Source: an archaeon (GTDB taxonomy: Archaea > Iainarchaeota > Iainarchaeia > Iainarchaeales > 0-14-0-20-34-12). From it: a stretch of 64,000 bases of DNA. Shown in pieces: positions 9,129-18,511 of the stretch. Positions within the stretch are counted from its first letter, which is position 1. Every line of letters starts with the position of its first letter. The notes beneath the pieces were generated by a model. It saw only the letters and a program-made list of their open reading frames with translations, was not told where the DNA came from and made no database searches. Made by a program: the position numbers and the translations under genes. The DNA is taken from positions 652-64,651 of the forward strand of contig JBBSVU010000016.1 in assembly GCA_038046645.1 (NCBI GenBank), given 5' to 3'.

Positions 9129-12100
9129 TCAGTCCGTAGAGAGTTTATTTTCTCCACCAAAGTCAGGGTCTTTAGTAAGTTTCATCGTTTCCCAATTTAT
9201 TTCACAATACCTTTCTTTTTTGCCTGTAGCAATATAGCAGGAATACCCTGTACAGCATTGGCTATTTGCTGTGCATTGTTCATTATTACCTTTACATGTA
9301 ATCTCCATTCCTGCAAAGTCCTCATCTTTTTCAGGATCTTTAATTTTCATATCTTCGCCAAAGTCAGGATCATTTTCAGTAGGTATCTTCATTCCTGCAA
9401 AGTCCTCATCTTTTTCAGGATCTGGTTCAATAGATTGGCAATTTCCTTCAGCATCGCAACTCTGTAAAGGCCCTGCAGATTCTAAGTCCGTTGTAGCTGC
9501 AGGTGCATTCCCTTTTTCAATGTCCTGCATTAATTGTTCTGAATTCCATACAAGGCTAAATTCAGCTTCAGAAGGAATGACGCAAACGTGTTTTGTTTGT
9601 ATTAAGTCAAGGTGTTCTTTCAGGCTATTGACTTTCTTTGGTTCAGCTGTTATTAGTTTTACAATGCCGCCTTGTGGATCTTTTCCCTGTGCTTCACTTT
9701 TTTCTTTGCTGCCCCAAGATTGTGAGCTTAGGTATAACATCTCTTTTGCGCAGGTTATCTCTAACTTAGATGGAAAATTATTCTCCCAATCTGGCATGAA
9801 CAATACTGTTTTATGCATTCCCTGTTCCCCTTTCTTTAAATGTAAAAATGGTGCTTCAAAGCTTTCACAAGTTAATCCCTTGAACATGCCCTTGTCCTGT
9901 GATTTATTCAACCTAACTGTTTTTCCGCTGGGTGAAAGCCAATTTATAAATCCAGGGACATAATCCGCAGGCAATGGGCTATTGGCTGTTCCTAATAACC
10001 TTAATGCAATATCCTGCTTATTTGTATTTATGTTTAGCAATGTAGGAATAAATCTTTTCATCCTTATCACAAAGTCATTGCCCTCTAGCAGGTTTGTTAT
10101 CTTAATTAAGTCGCTTCCAGCAAATAGCGGAATACGGCTGTTATCAAAGGAACTGGCTCCATCTATCAGATTATTTACTGATTTATTGTCTTTTCCAGTT
10201 GCTTTTTTTAAATTAACAGTTGGGGTAAGAGGCACAAGCTGGCTTTCATCTATTCCAGTTCCGTATCCTTCTCTTTTATTGCCCATTTCTGTTCCTACAA
10301 ATCCGTCAAAAGGTATCAGCAATAAAGGATTCTTTGAATAGGATTTTTTCCCTGCATTGTCAATCTCGCTCAAATTATTGATTTTTCCATAGTATAAATC
10401 AATTACTGCATTTTCACCCCTAGTTATTTTGTTGTCCTTTGTTTTTTCGACCGCGAAATTAATCAACCTTAAATAGGTTCCACTTTCTATTGCATTCTTA
10501 ACCTCTTGGCTGAAATCTAGGTAATTATATGTTTTCTCTGCAGCCACTTTCTTTTGGTATGTTGAATAAACTTCTAAATCTATGTTATATGTGTTTTTGA
10601 AATCTGCCTTGAAATCAGCAGCTTCAAAATTATCGCCTATAAGATAAACTGAATTAAGCGGATTTATGGTTGCCCCATTAATTACTAAATCATCTGCATC
10701 AGCCCATAATTTGTTTTTTCCATTATCGCTTTGAAACTCAATATTGCTGGCATTCTTTGCAACAGTTATCTCTACAATATTTTTATTTAATTGTTCAAAG
10801 AAGCCTTTCCAGGGTGAGCCATAATCCTTTGTGCTGCAATTGCCACTTGTTGTGTTATTTTCAGTTATTGTTATACCCCCCACTGTTATATCATAGTTAT
10901 TTGGGTCCATTGAATAGCATCCGTTTGCAGCCCTTGTCTTGTTAATTGTAGACAATTGTAATGTTATTTCATAGAAATCATCCATTGACATTACAAATAT
11001 GCCTTCCTTGTAATCTGTGCTGAATAACCCTAAATCAATGAATTGCATTACAATTTTATTATTGCTTTTTTTAATGTCTTTTTTAATTATTATCAATAAA
11101 TCATTTTCGTTGTTATTTCCGCCATAACATTTATTTGCGTAATATTGCAATCTGCCTATGTTTAATGAGGGTATTGCAACGCTTGTAGTTGGTTTGGCAT
11201 ATTCTTTTTCATATTTATTACTGCTAAAGTTTCTGACCTGTTCCCAGTCAATATCCTCTATTACCTCTCTGCTTACATCACTAATTGTTTCTTTAATTGC
11301 TTCTGTACCTTTATATGCTGCTACCTTATCATATGTTAGGGCACATGAATTATTTTCACTTAATACTGCGGTTCCTTTTACATAATAGAGCCTTTTTTCA
11401 TTGGTTTTATGGTTCTGAATTATAACAGTGTTCTTCACAATAGGCACCAATTCAAGCAGAGTATCCATTCCTGTGCAATCTAAAGCCTCACAAATTGCTT
11501 TTACATGCTCTGCAGGAATCTTGCTTAAATTAGCCTGAAGTTCCTTTTGTTTTTCAATTGTGCTTAACATGAATTGTGCTGCATCACAGAAATAGTTGTT
11601 GCAAGTATCTGCATTTATATTCTTAACATCCCAATCCCACAATATTCTGTCTAACCCATATTTCTGATAAGCATCTTGGCCGGTTTCTGCAGTCTCCATG
11701 CCTGCACAGAACAAAGCGCTTTTTTTGACTGCTGGTTCACTGGCTGCAGCTGCAGCTTTAACCACAGCTTCTTTCCTTTCATCTAAATCAGCTTTTGCTT
11801 CTTCTTTCACTTCTTTCTTTATAATGCATTTGAAATCCTTGCATTCTTTTTTATCATCTGCACAGTCCTCATTAGTTATGCACTGCCCCTTTTTGCACAT
11901 TTTTTCATAACATACTTCGTCTGTTTTACATTCTGCTTTTTCTGTACAGCTGCCTCTTTTTTTGCAAAAATTATTTACACAGTTTTCGCCTGCAGGGCAA
12001 CAATTGTTGTTTGAACATTGAGTTCCCGGAGCTACTAAACAATATTTTTTCCCGCCTTCTTTGAATGGTTCGCAGATGTTTGATGCACATTGAGCTGCTG

Positions 12101-13415
12101 TTAAACAATTAGTTCCACATTGTAATTTTGGCACACATTTCTGTTTAGAACAGAAGTATCCTGCCTCACACAATTCATCCTTTAAGCATTCTACACACTT
12201 CAGTTTTGCACTGCAAACCCCAACCTCTATTGTTTCTGATTGTGTGCCCCAATATTGGCAACCATCATTCTCTTTTTTGCCTTCACATGGCTCTTTTGGT
12301 TTTTCTTTAGCTTTTTCAATACAACTGCCATTATCACATTTTTCAGTTTCCTTACAATGTGCATCCCCCAAACAAAGCACGCATTGCAGTTCAGCATCGC
12401 AGTATCCAGTAATTTCTAGTTCTTTATTTATTTCACAAACATTTCCTGCGCTGACACAAGGGCTTGCGGTTTTTTCCCCTAAATATCCTGCCTGTGCAAG
12501 CCAATCATCAGCAAGTGCTTCTGATACATAAGTATTAAGCAAAAGAAGCGTTGATGGCTGCCCTGATTTTTGATAAGCAGTTTCATCCAACCTTTTGAAA
12601 AACATTCCCATGACATAATCATATTTTTTGCAGAATAGCCTGCTTTTTCTGATTATGGTTTGTTCCTCAGGGTATTTGAATTCAGTGTCATTCCTTACCA
12701 AAAGCCCGTCATATACTATGCCTTCTCCATTTCTATTCCAGCAATTAAACATATACCTTACCGAATCTTCATAATTTGGGCCAGCCATATCCTTATTTTC
12801 TTCAACCTCGCTCTTGTCTGGTTTTGTTTTTAAATAATCATAAAACGGGATTGTGAAATTTATTGCTGTATCAGTGCCATTTTTATTTACTGCGGCAGTC
12901 ATTGAATATTGTGAAACAGATGCTTTTACAAACCTCAATACTTTATCTTTTGGGTTTGTTTCATCAGCAGCACAAGCCAGCATCTTTATTTCTTCCTTTT
13001 TCTTTCCTTTTACTTCAGCAGCATGCTCTGTTTTGTACTGTTCAATAAGGCTTTCTACATAGGGATCATACTTTCCGCCACTTTGGGCTCCCATTTCGCA
13101 AAAATCAAATATAATTTCCTGTACCTTCTGTTGATTTAGCGTTAACAATACCAAGGAAAGTTCCTTGCTAGCCTTGTCTGTAATTGATATTTTAACCGTG
13201 TTATCAATTTCATATCCTAAATTGCTTGGATTGACAATTGAATAGGTAGGCAATAACCTGCTCTCTCCTTCTACTAATTGGCCAAATTCAGTAGGATATG
13301 TATTGCCCGCATTTACGTTAACTAATGCTTTTATCTGCCCTCTGCCGTAAACATCCCCAATAAATACACTAAAAAATAGTACTAACAATAACCCAATCCA
13401 AACCTTATTCTTCAT
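9129..13415 (-). CDS. Giant secreted cysteine-rich surface protein (1428 aa), paralogue of 53291..57223
   Basis: Signal peptide 'MKNKVWIGLLLVLFFSVFIGDVYG'. Cys-rich EGF-like tract at about aa 330-545. A ~720-aa core is co-linear with the other giant protein ('FCAGMETAETGQDAYQKYGLDRILWDWD', 'NKREGYGT', 'LVWNSEQ'). Confidence 0.8.
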   Translation of the reverse strand: MKNKVWIGLLLVLFFSVFIGDVYGRGQIKALVNVNAGNTYPTEFGQLVEGESRLLPTYSIVNPSNLGYEIDNTVKISITDKASKELSLVLLTLNQQKVQEIIFDFCEMGAQSGGKYDPYVESLIEQYKTEHAAEVKGKKKEEIKMLACAADETNPKDKVLRFVKASVSQYSMTAAVNKNGTDTAINFTIPFYDYLKTKPDKSEVEENKDMAGPNYEDSVRYMFNCWNRNGEGIVYDGLLVRNDTEFKYPEEQTIIRKSRLFCKKYDYVMGMFFKRLDETAYQKSGQPSTLLLLNTYVSEALADDWLAQAGYLGEKTASPCVSAGNVCEINKELEITGYCDAELQCVLCLGDAHCKETEKCDNGSCIEKAKEKPKEPCEGKKENDGCQYWGTQSETIEVGVCSAKLKCVECLKDELCEAGYFCSKQKCVPKLQCGTNCLTAAQCASNICEPFKEGGKKYCLVAPGTQCSNNNCCPAGENCVNNFCKKRGSCTEKAECKTDEVCYEKMCKKGQCITNEDCADDKKECKDFKCIIKKEVKEEAKADLDERKEAVVKAAAAASEPAVKKSALFCAGMETAETGQDAYQKYGLDRILWDWDVKNINADTCNNYFCDAAQFMLSTIEKQKELQANLSKIPAEHVKAICEALDCTGMDTLLELVPIVKNTVIIQNHKTNEKRLYYVKGTAVLSENNSCALTYDKVAAYKGTEAIKETISDVSREVIEDIDWEQVRNFSSNKYEKEYAKPTTSVAIPSLNIGRLQYYANKCYGGNNNENDLLIIIKKDIKKSNNKIVMQFIDLGLFSTDYKEGIFVMSMDDFYEITLQLSTINKTRAANGCYSMDPNNYDITVGGITITENNTTSGNCSTKDYGSPWKGFFEQLNKNIVEITVAKNASNIEFQSDNGKNKLWADADDLVINGATINPLNSVYLIGDNFEAADFKADFKNTYNIDLEVYSTYQKKVAAEKTYNYLDFSQEVKNAIESGTYLRLINFAVEKTKDNKITRGENAVIDLYYGKINNLSEIDNAGKKSYSKNPLLLIPFDGFVGTEMGNKREGYGTGIDESQLVPLTPTVNLKKATGKDNKSVNNLIDGASSFDNSRIPLFAGSDLIKITNLLEGNDFVIRMKRFIPTLLNINTNKQDIALRLLGTANSPLPADYVPGFINWLSPSGKTVRLNKSQDKGMFKGLTCESFEAPFLHLKKGEQGMHKTVLFMPDWENNFPSKLEITCAKEMLYLSSQSWGSKEKSEAQGKDPQGGIVKLITAEPKKVNSLKEHLDLIQTKHVCVIPSEAEFSLVWNSEQLMQDIEKGNAPAATTDLESAGPLQSCDAEGNCQSIEPDPEKDEDFAGMKIPTENDPDFGEDMKIKDPEKDEDFAGMEITCKGNNEQCTANSQCCTGYSCYIATGKKERYCEINWETMKLTKDPDFGGENKLSTD

Positions 13416-14040
13416 TAGGTAATCCCTCCCCTATTGCTAAGCAATTTTCTTCTATTGTAACTATATAATCTTTTAACTCATAATAGTTAATAAATGCTTC
13501 GTCTTCATCTTCTAGGTAATTTTCAAGCCCTAATTCCTGATTTTCTGTAGGGTGCGCTACTACATATTCTTCTAATTTTTTATTGTTCTCAAGGACTAAA
13601 TTATAGGCATTTTCATTATCTTGGATGGTGTTATCTAAAAGATTAAGGTTCTCGCATAATCCTTTGCTGCTTAATTTCAGCAATGTTTCTTCACCCTTTT
13701 TCAGCTTTGACTGCACTTTTAATTCATCAAGCAAAGCAACATACAAATCAACCAAATCAGCCAGTGCTTTATTGTCAGCGTTTTTTGCCTGCAAATCCAG
13801 CAAGTCTGCCTTTGCTGTTTCCACTTTTTCTTCACTTAACACAGCCAATTTGGATTCGCTGACTGTTTCAAAAGCTACTTCATTGCTTGCAAGAATATTA
13901 TTTGCAGAATTTGCCAATGCTGCAAACCCTTTTTTATCCGCAGTCTGCCCTTTTGGCAGGTTCCACAAAACATAAACTGCGGCAATAACCACAATTATTG
14001 CCAATATCCCATATACAAATCTTTTTTCCATATATACCAT
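13405..14040 (-). CDS. N-terminally anchored coiled-coil protein
   Basis: Single TM segment 'FVYGILAIIVVIAAVYVLW' followed by a helical acidic region. Overlaps the giant gene start by 11 nt. Confidence 0.6.
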   Translation of the reverse strand: MVYMEKRFVYGILAIIVVIAAVYVLWNLPKGQTADKKGFAALANSANNILASNEVAFETVSESKLAVLSEEKVETAKADLLDLQAKNADNKALADLVDLYVALLDELKVQSKLKKGEETLLKLSSKGLCENLNLLDNTIQDNENAYNLVLENNKKLEEYVVAHPTENQELGLENYLEDEDEAFINYYELKDYIVTIEENCLAIGEGLPNEE

Positions 14041-14079
14041 CCTTCCTTGAGAATTGTTTAGTTGTTTTATATATTACTT

Positions 14080-15231
14080 TTATTTAATATAAATATATTT
14101 GTTTCTCAGCATAATGAGTTTTTTGATTAAACTGGCAGTATATAACTTGTTTTTTGGCTTATTGACCTTAAGCTTAGTTGTTTTGCTTTTTTGTGCTTGC
14201 CCTGACCCTGCGGTATTGTTATTCTTTTGTGTTTGATTATTGCCTGCAATAGTTACCAGACCAGTGCTATTCTGTGCTGAGTTTGTAGAAGTAGTTGCAG
14301 TGTTTTGTGTTGAGCTTGAATTAGAATTAGTTGCATTTGCCGTAGTGCTGCTTTGTGTTGAAGCTGAATTATTATTTGCCGTATTTGTTGTACTACTATT
14401 ATTTTGAGCCAGTGTAGGATTTGAAGTATTTTCAGTATTTTGAGTTTGGGTATTATTCCCAGTATTTACATTAGCATCATTTGTTTGATTTCCAGTATTT
14501 GAATTATTATCCGTATTTTGTGTTTGCCCTGATGTGTTATTATTTACATCATTGTTAGTTGCACCATTATTTACATCGGCGTTATTTGCATTATTGTTTG
14601 TATCTTGAGCAGGGTTTTCTGGTTGTGCAACTACCGAATTTTTATAACTTGCATAATGCCCGACTATCACCCTATCAATATAGGTATTGGAATAAGCATT
14701 AACCGAACCAGCATCAACATCCTGCCAGCCGTATCTGTATGCACTGGCTGTTTTGTATAAATCATTTGAATAATAAGTCAATAGGGATTTCAAATACCAG
14801 CAGCCTCGGTCGATATTTTCTTGAGCATTGTATGCATCATTCATAATAGGGGCATCTTCATATTTTGCTGTTGAGGGCATATTCCATTGCCAATCCACTG
14901 TTGACACTGTTGGAACCCCGGCAATCCATTCGCCTGTCAATTGGAATAAACCTTTTCCATAATATTGCCCAAACCAGTTGGTTTCCCCTACCTCGTATGA
15001 TGTTTTTTCAGATTGATTCACTGCATTTGGATTGAAGTCAGACTCCAGTTTTATGATGGCAGCGATAAAATAAGGGTCATCTATGCCATATTTTTCTGTG
15101 CAAATACTTACTATATCATTCCAATATACTTCAATAGGTTCGCTTTCAATCTTTGCAGGTATTTGATAATCATAAGCAAATCCGCCTGAAAGCAATGCCA
15201 GCAGAAAAATGGCCGTTATATATAGTTTCAT
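14080..15231 (-). CDS. Secreted SLT-type lytic transglycosylase-like protein with N/T/S-rich C-terminal stalk
   Basis: Signal peptide. SLT pattern 'LESDFNPNAV' ... 'GKGLFQLT' ... 'AYNAQENIDRGCWYLKSLL' ... 'ASAYRYGW'. Confidence 0.7.
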   Translation of the reverse strand: MKLYITAIFLLALLSGGFAYDYQIPAKIESEPIEVYWNDIVSICTEKYGIDDPYFIAAIIKLESDFNPNAVNQSEKTSYEVGETNWFGQYYGKGLFQLTGEWIAGVPTVSTVDWQWNMPSTAKYEDAPIMNDAYNAQENIDRGCWYLKSLLTYYSNDLYKTASAYRYGWQDVDAGSVNAYSNTYIDRVIVGHYASYKNSVVAQPENPAQDTNNNANNADVNNGATNNDVNNNTSGQTQNTDNNSNTGNQTNDANVNTGNNTQTQNTENTSNPTLAQNNSSTTNTANNNSASTQSSTTANATNSNSSSTQNTATTSTNSAQNSTGLVTIAGNNQTQKNNNTAGSGQAQKSKTTKLKVNKPKNKLYTASLIKKLIMLRNKYIYIK

Positions 15232-15341
15232 TTATCGCACCATATTTAACAAAATAATACTTGTTTTAATATGTTTTGTGCTTTACTAATGTGTTACATA
15301 ATTTTTTAATTGTGTAGCAGTTTAGCAAGAATGTGAATTAA

Positions 15342-15995
15342 ATGCCGTTAAACCTTATTTTTTTAGGCGCACCAGGATCTGGAAAAGGTTCGGTTGCAAA
15401 GCATTTAACCTTAGATTTAAATATTCCTCATATTTCAACCGGCGATATCCTGCGTGAAGAAATAAAAAAAGGTTCAGATTTGGGGAAAAAAGTCCAAAAT
15501 ATTGTTTCAAGCGGAACTTTGGTTGACGATCAGACTGTTGCAGATATAATAGATAAAAGAATTTTGGAAAAGGATTGTTCGCAGGGCTTTATGCTTGATG
15601 GCTATCCTAGAACAATAAATCAAGCGAAATTGTTGCAGGAAATAATGGAAAAGCAGAAAAAGAAAATTGCTGCAGTTATTTCCTTAAATGTCCCTGATGC
15701 CACAATAATAAAAAGGCTTTCAGGAAGGTTCTCCTGTTCAAAATGCTTATTGCAGTATAATATTTACACGCTAATGCCGCCAAAGAAATCCGGCATTTGT
15801 GATTCTTGTGGCGGACAATTAATTCAAAGGGCTGATGACAATCCTGAAACAGTGAAAAAAAGGCTTGAGATTTATAAAAAGGATACTCAGCCGTTAATTG
15901 ATTATTACAAAAAGATTCATTTATTGAAGGAAGTAAATGCAGACGGTTCTATTGAAGAAAATGCTGTTGCAGTAAAGAAAGTCCTTAAGTTATAA
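15342..15995 (+). CDS. adk: Adenylate kinase (bacterial-type, Zn-lid)
   Basis: P-loop 'GAPGSGKGS', 'GDILR', and a lid with 'CSKC...CDSCGGQLIQRADD'. Confidence 0.9.
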   Translation: MPLNLIFLGAPGSGKGSVAKHLTLDLNIPHISTGDILREEIKKGSDLGKKVQNIVSSGTLVDDQTVADIIDKRILEKDCSQGFMLDGYPRTINQAKLLQEIMEKQKKKIAAVISLNVPDATIIKRLSGRFSCSKCLLQYNIYTLMPPKKSGICDSCGGQLIQRADDNPETVKKRLEIYKKDTQPLIDYYKKIHLLKEVNADGSIEENAVAVKKVLKL

Positions 15996-16003
15996 TTATA
16001 AAC

Positions 16004-16022
16004 AACAGAAACATTCTGTTTT
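16004..16022 (+). terminator. Small hairpin after adk
   Basis: aacagaa-aca-ttctgtt (7-bp stem) followed by 'tt'. Weak. Confidence 0.3.
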
Positions 16023-16036
16023 GTGTGGGTACTAAT

Positions 16037-16552
16037 ATGTTAATTTTGGTTTGTGGATTGCCTGGTTCTGGGAAAACTGTTTTTTCGAAGAAATTGGCGA
16101 ATAAAATAAATTCAATTTATTTGAATACTGATATTGTGAGGAAACGCTTGTTTGAAACCCCTGCTTACTCAAATGAGGAAAAAGAGAAAATTTACTCGCG
16201 GATGCTGGACATGGCGGATTTTGCATTAAAGCAAGGAAAGGATGTTGTCCTTGATGGCACTTTTTATAAAGAATCATTAAGAAAAAGCGCAGTTTCAATT
16301 GCAAAGAACAATTCAGAGAAATACCTTATCATAGAGTGCATTGCAGCTGAAAAAACAGTGAAGCTTTGGCTGCAAAAAAGGGCAAAGAAGAAATCAGCAA
16401 GCGATGCCGATTTTTCAGTTTATGAAAGAATCAAAAAAGAATATCATCCAATAAAGGAAAAACACTTCATATTTAAAACAGACAAGACATTTTCAACCCA
16501 ATTCAATAAACTTTTAGCTGAAATAAAAAAACTAAAATCAGAAAAGAAATAA
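16037..16552 (+). CDS. P-loop kinase (AAA_33-like)
   Basis: 'LILVCGLPGSGKT' lies immediately after ATG 16037. The track ORF starts at GTG 16025. Confidence 0.7.
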   Translation: MLILVCGLPGSGKTVFSKKLANKINSIYLNTDIVRKRLFETPAYSNEEKEKIYSRMLDMADFALKQGKDVVLDGTFYKESLRKSAVSIAKNNSEKYLIIECIAAEKTVKLWLQKRAKKKSASDADFSVYERIKKEYHPIKEKHFIFKTDKTFSTQFNKLLAEIKKLKSEKK

Positions 16553-16624
16553 TTCGTTGTTTAACAATATAAAATAAATTTTGATACTGGAAAATAAATG
16601 ATTGATTTTTGAAGGTAGAAGCAA

Positions 16625-17629
16625 ATGATTTCTGATTCTAATTTGGATTCGCTTCTGAGAAAAGATGCTTACCCCCATGAAATCTCAACGATCTCGCGCA
16701 TTGATACCCATATTTCCTGGATTTTTCTTACAGGCTCTTTTGTTTACAAAATAAAAAAACCAATGAAATTCACTTTTTTGGATTTTTCCACCCTTGAAAA
16801 AAGGAAATTTTTTTGCGAAGAGGAAATCCACTTAAATAGGAGGCTTTCCCCTGAAATTTATTTGGATGTTGTCCCACTTTGTGAGCAAAACGGATTTTTG
16901 AATTTCAAAAATCAGGGAAAAGTTATTGATTATGCCGTTAAATTAAAACAGTTGCCTTCTGAGAAAAAAATGGATTTGCTTTTGAAAGATAAAAAAGTAA
17001 AAAAAGAGCATATTGAAAAGCTTGCAGGGATTATTTCAGAATTCCACAGCAAGGTTGATGCAATAAAAGATCCAAAATACGGAAATCCTGAAATTGTAAA
17101 ATCGCAGATTGATGATTTAAGCACAGTAAAGCCAACAATAGATAAGGAGCTTTCTTTAGGAAGCAAGATTGACAGTATTTTGGAAAAATGCGATTCCTTT
17201 ATTGATAAAAACAAATCGCTGTTTGTAAAAAGGCAGCTTTCTGGCAAAATAAAAGACTGCCATGGTGATTTGCATTCAGCAAATATCTTTATTGCTGACA
17301 AAATTTATGTTTTTGACTGCATTGAATTCAACACTGATTTCCGCTATATTGATACAGCAAGCGAGATAGCATTTATGTGCATGGATTTGGATTATTTCAA
17401 GCAGGAAAAATTGTCAAAAGCATTTGTTGATTCTTATGTTTCACAAACAGGCGATTCAGAATTGCTAAAGCTTTTGGATCTGTACAAAAGTTACAGGGCA
17501 AATGTCCGCGCTAAGGTTGCTTCTTTAGAACTTCTGCATCCAATTTCAGAAAAGCAGAAAAAATCAGCTTTGGAAAGAATTGCCAAGTATCTAGATTTGG
17601 CTGAAGGATATAGTAAACGCCTAAGTTGA
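16625..17629 (+). CDS. Aminoglycoside-phosphotransferase-fold kinase
   Basis: Catalytic loop 'CHGDLHSANIF' plus 'VFDCIEF'. Pairing with a P-loop kinase resembles proteins annotated as bifunctional APH/ATP-binding proteins. Confidence 0.7.
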   Translation: MISDSNLDSLLRKDAYPHEISTISRIDTHISWIFLTGSFVYKIKKPMKFTFLDFSTLEKRKFFCEEEIHLNRRLSPEIYLDVVPLCEQNGFLNFKNQGKVIDYAVKLKQLPSEKKMDLLLKDKKVKKEHIEKLAGIISEFHSKVDAIKDPKYGNPEIVKSQIDDLSTVKPTIDKELSLGSKIDSILEKCDSFIDKNKSLFVKRQLSGKIKDCHGDLHSANIFIADKIYVFDCIEFNTDFRYIDTASEIAFMCMDLDYFKQEKLSKAFVDSYVSQTGDSELLKLLDLYKSYRANVRAKVASLELLHPISEKQKKSALERIAKYLDLAEGYSKRLS

Positions 17630-17710
17630 TTAAATACATTTAAAAAAGGTTTTAGAAATCTATTATTTATAGCTAAGATTAAGCGTTGTAATAAAACAGA
17701 ATTGGTTACT

Positions 17711-17842
17711 ATGCCCAGAGAAGAGTATGAAACACTAGTTGAAGCATTACAGTTATTGTCTGATAAAGGCCTGCTTAGTGAATTGACCGAGAGGGAGAAA
17801 ACTATCCTTGAAGGCAAGTATCTTTCTTTGAAAGATTTGTGA
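17711..17842 (+). pseudogene. Possible Phd/YefM-type antitoxin remnant (43 codons from the only ATG)
   Basis: '(..TELVT)MPREEYETLVEALQLLSDKGLLSEL' resembles the central/C-terminal part of Phd/YefM antitoxins. The frame is open upstream to 17630 but has no ATG there, and no partner toxin is adjacent. Confidence 0.3.
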
Positions 17843-17939
17843 TAATTCCTTATGTATAAAATATAAAGTGCAAAAAGCGTTTATCTGCCTAAGCAAACCT
17901 TTATAATTGGTTTTGCCTATTTATTTAGTGTGATGTACG

Positions 17940-18137
17940 ATGAGCATACGTATTACTTTAACCTTGGATGAAACAGTCATAAAAAAAATAAAGGAGCTTA
18001 GCCCGCACAATATTTCTTCCTTTGTTAATTCTCATTTGAAACACTGTTTGTTTGAGAAAAAGGAAGGGATGGCCGGAATTTTAGCAGGCAAGGTTTCAAC
18101 AAAAGATATATCCGAGGATGACGAGCATGCAATTTAG
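17940..18137 (+). CDS. vapB: RHH-type antitoxin (VapB-like)
   Basis: 'MSIRITLTLDETVIKKIKE...' beta-strand/helix pattern. Overlaps the downstream PIN gene. Confidence 0.6.
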   Translation: MSIRITLTLDETVIKKIKELSPHNISSFVNSHLKHCLFEKKEGMAGILAGKVSTKDISEDDEHAI

Positions 18138-18498
18138 ATATATTGCAGATACCTATGCCTGGATTGCATATTTTAACAAGAAAAAATTTAAGGGCATAAT
18201 AGAGAAAGAGATTGTTGATACCCCTACAGTAGTTATTGCTGAACTTATGAGAACCTTGGTTAAAAAAAATGTGAGTACAAAGGTTATTGAAAATATTATG
18301 GCCTATGTATCCAGCAAAGGTTTGATTTTGCCTTTAACTATTGAAGAAGCAAAAAAATCAGGGATAATTGCACAAAAGGAATCACTTCCTCTTTTTGACG
18401 CTATAGTGTACTCATATGTTGTTGAAGAAAAAGATAGGCTCTTAACCGGCGACGAGCATTTTAAAAACAAGAAGCAAGTCATATTTGAAAAGGAATAA
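18118..18498 (+). CDS. vapC: PIN-domain toxin (VapC-like)
   Basis: 'RYIADTYAWIAYF' N-terminal acidic site, internal 'FDAIVYS' and 'LLTGDEHF'. Alternative start at ATG 18127. Confidence 0.7.
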   Translation: MTSMQFRYIADTYAWIAYFNKKKFKGIIEKEIVDTPTVVIAELMRTLVKKNVSTKVIENIMAYVSSKGLILPLTIEEAKKSGIIAQKESLPLFDAIVYSYVVEEKDRLLTGDEHFKNKKQVIFEKE

Positions 18499-18511
18499 TT
18501 GCGGTGGTAGG

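Noticed and set aside
9306-9423. 34-bp perfect direct repeat (9306-9339 and 9390-9423) that could suggest a mini CRISPR or repeat array
   Set aside because: There are only two copies, with an 84-nt period, inside a long ORF. They encode the repeated peptide 'DPEKDEDFAGM', so this is a coding repeat and not a CRISPR array.
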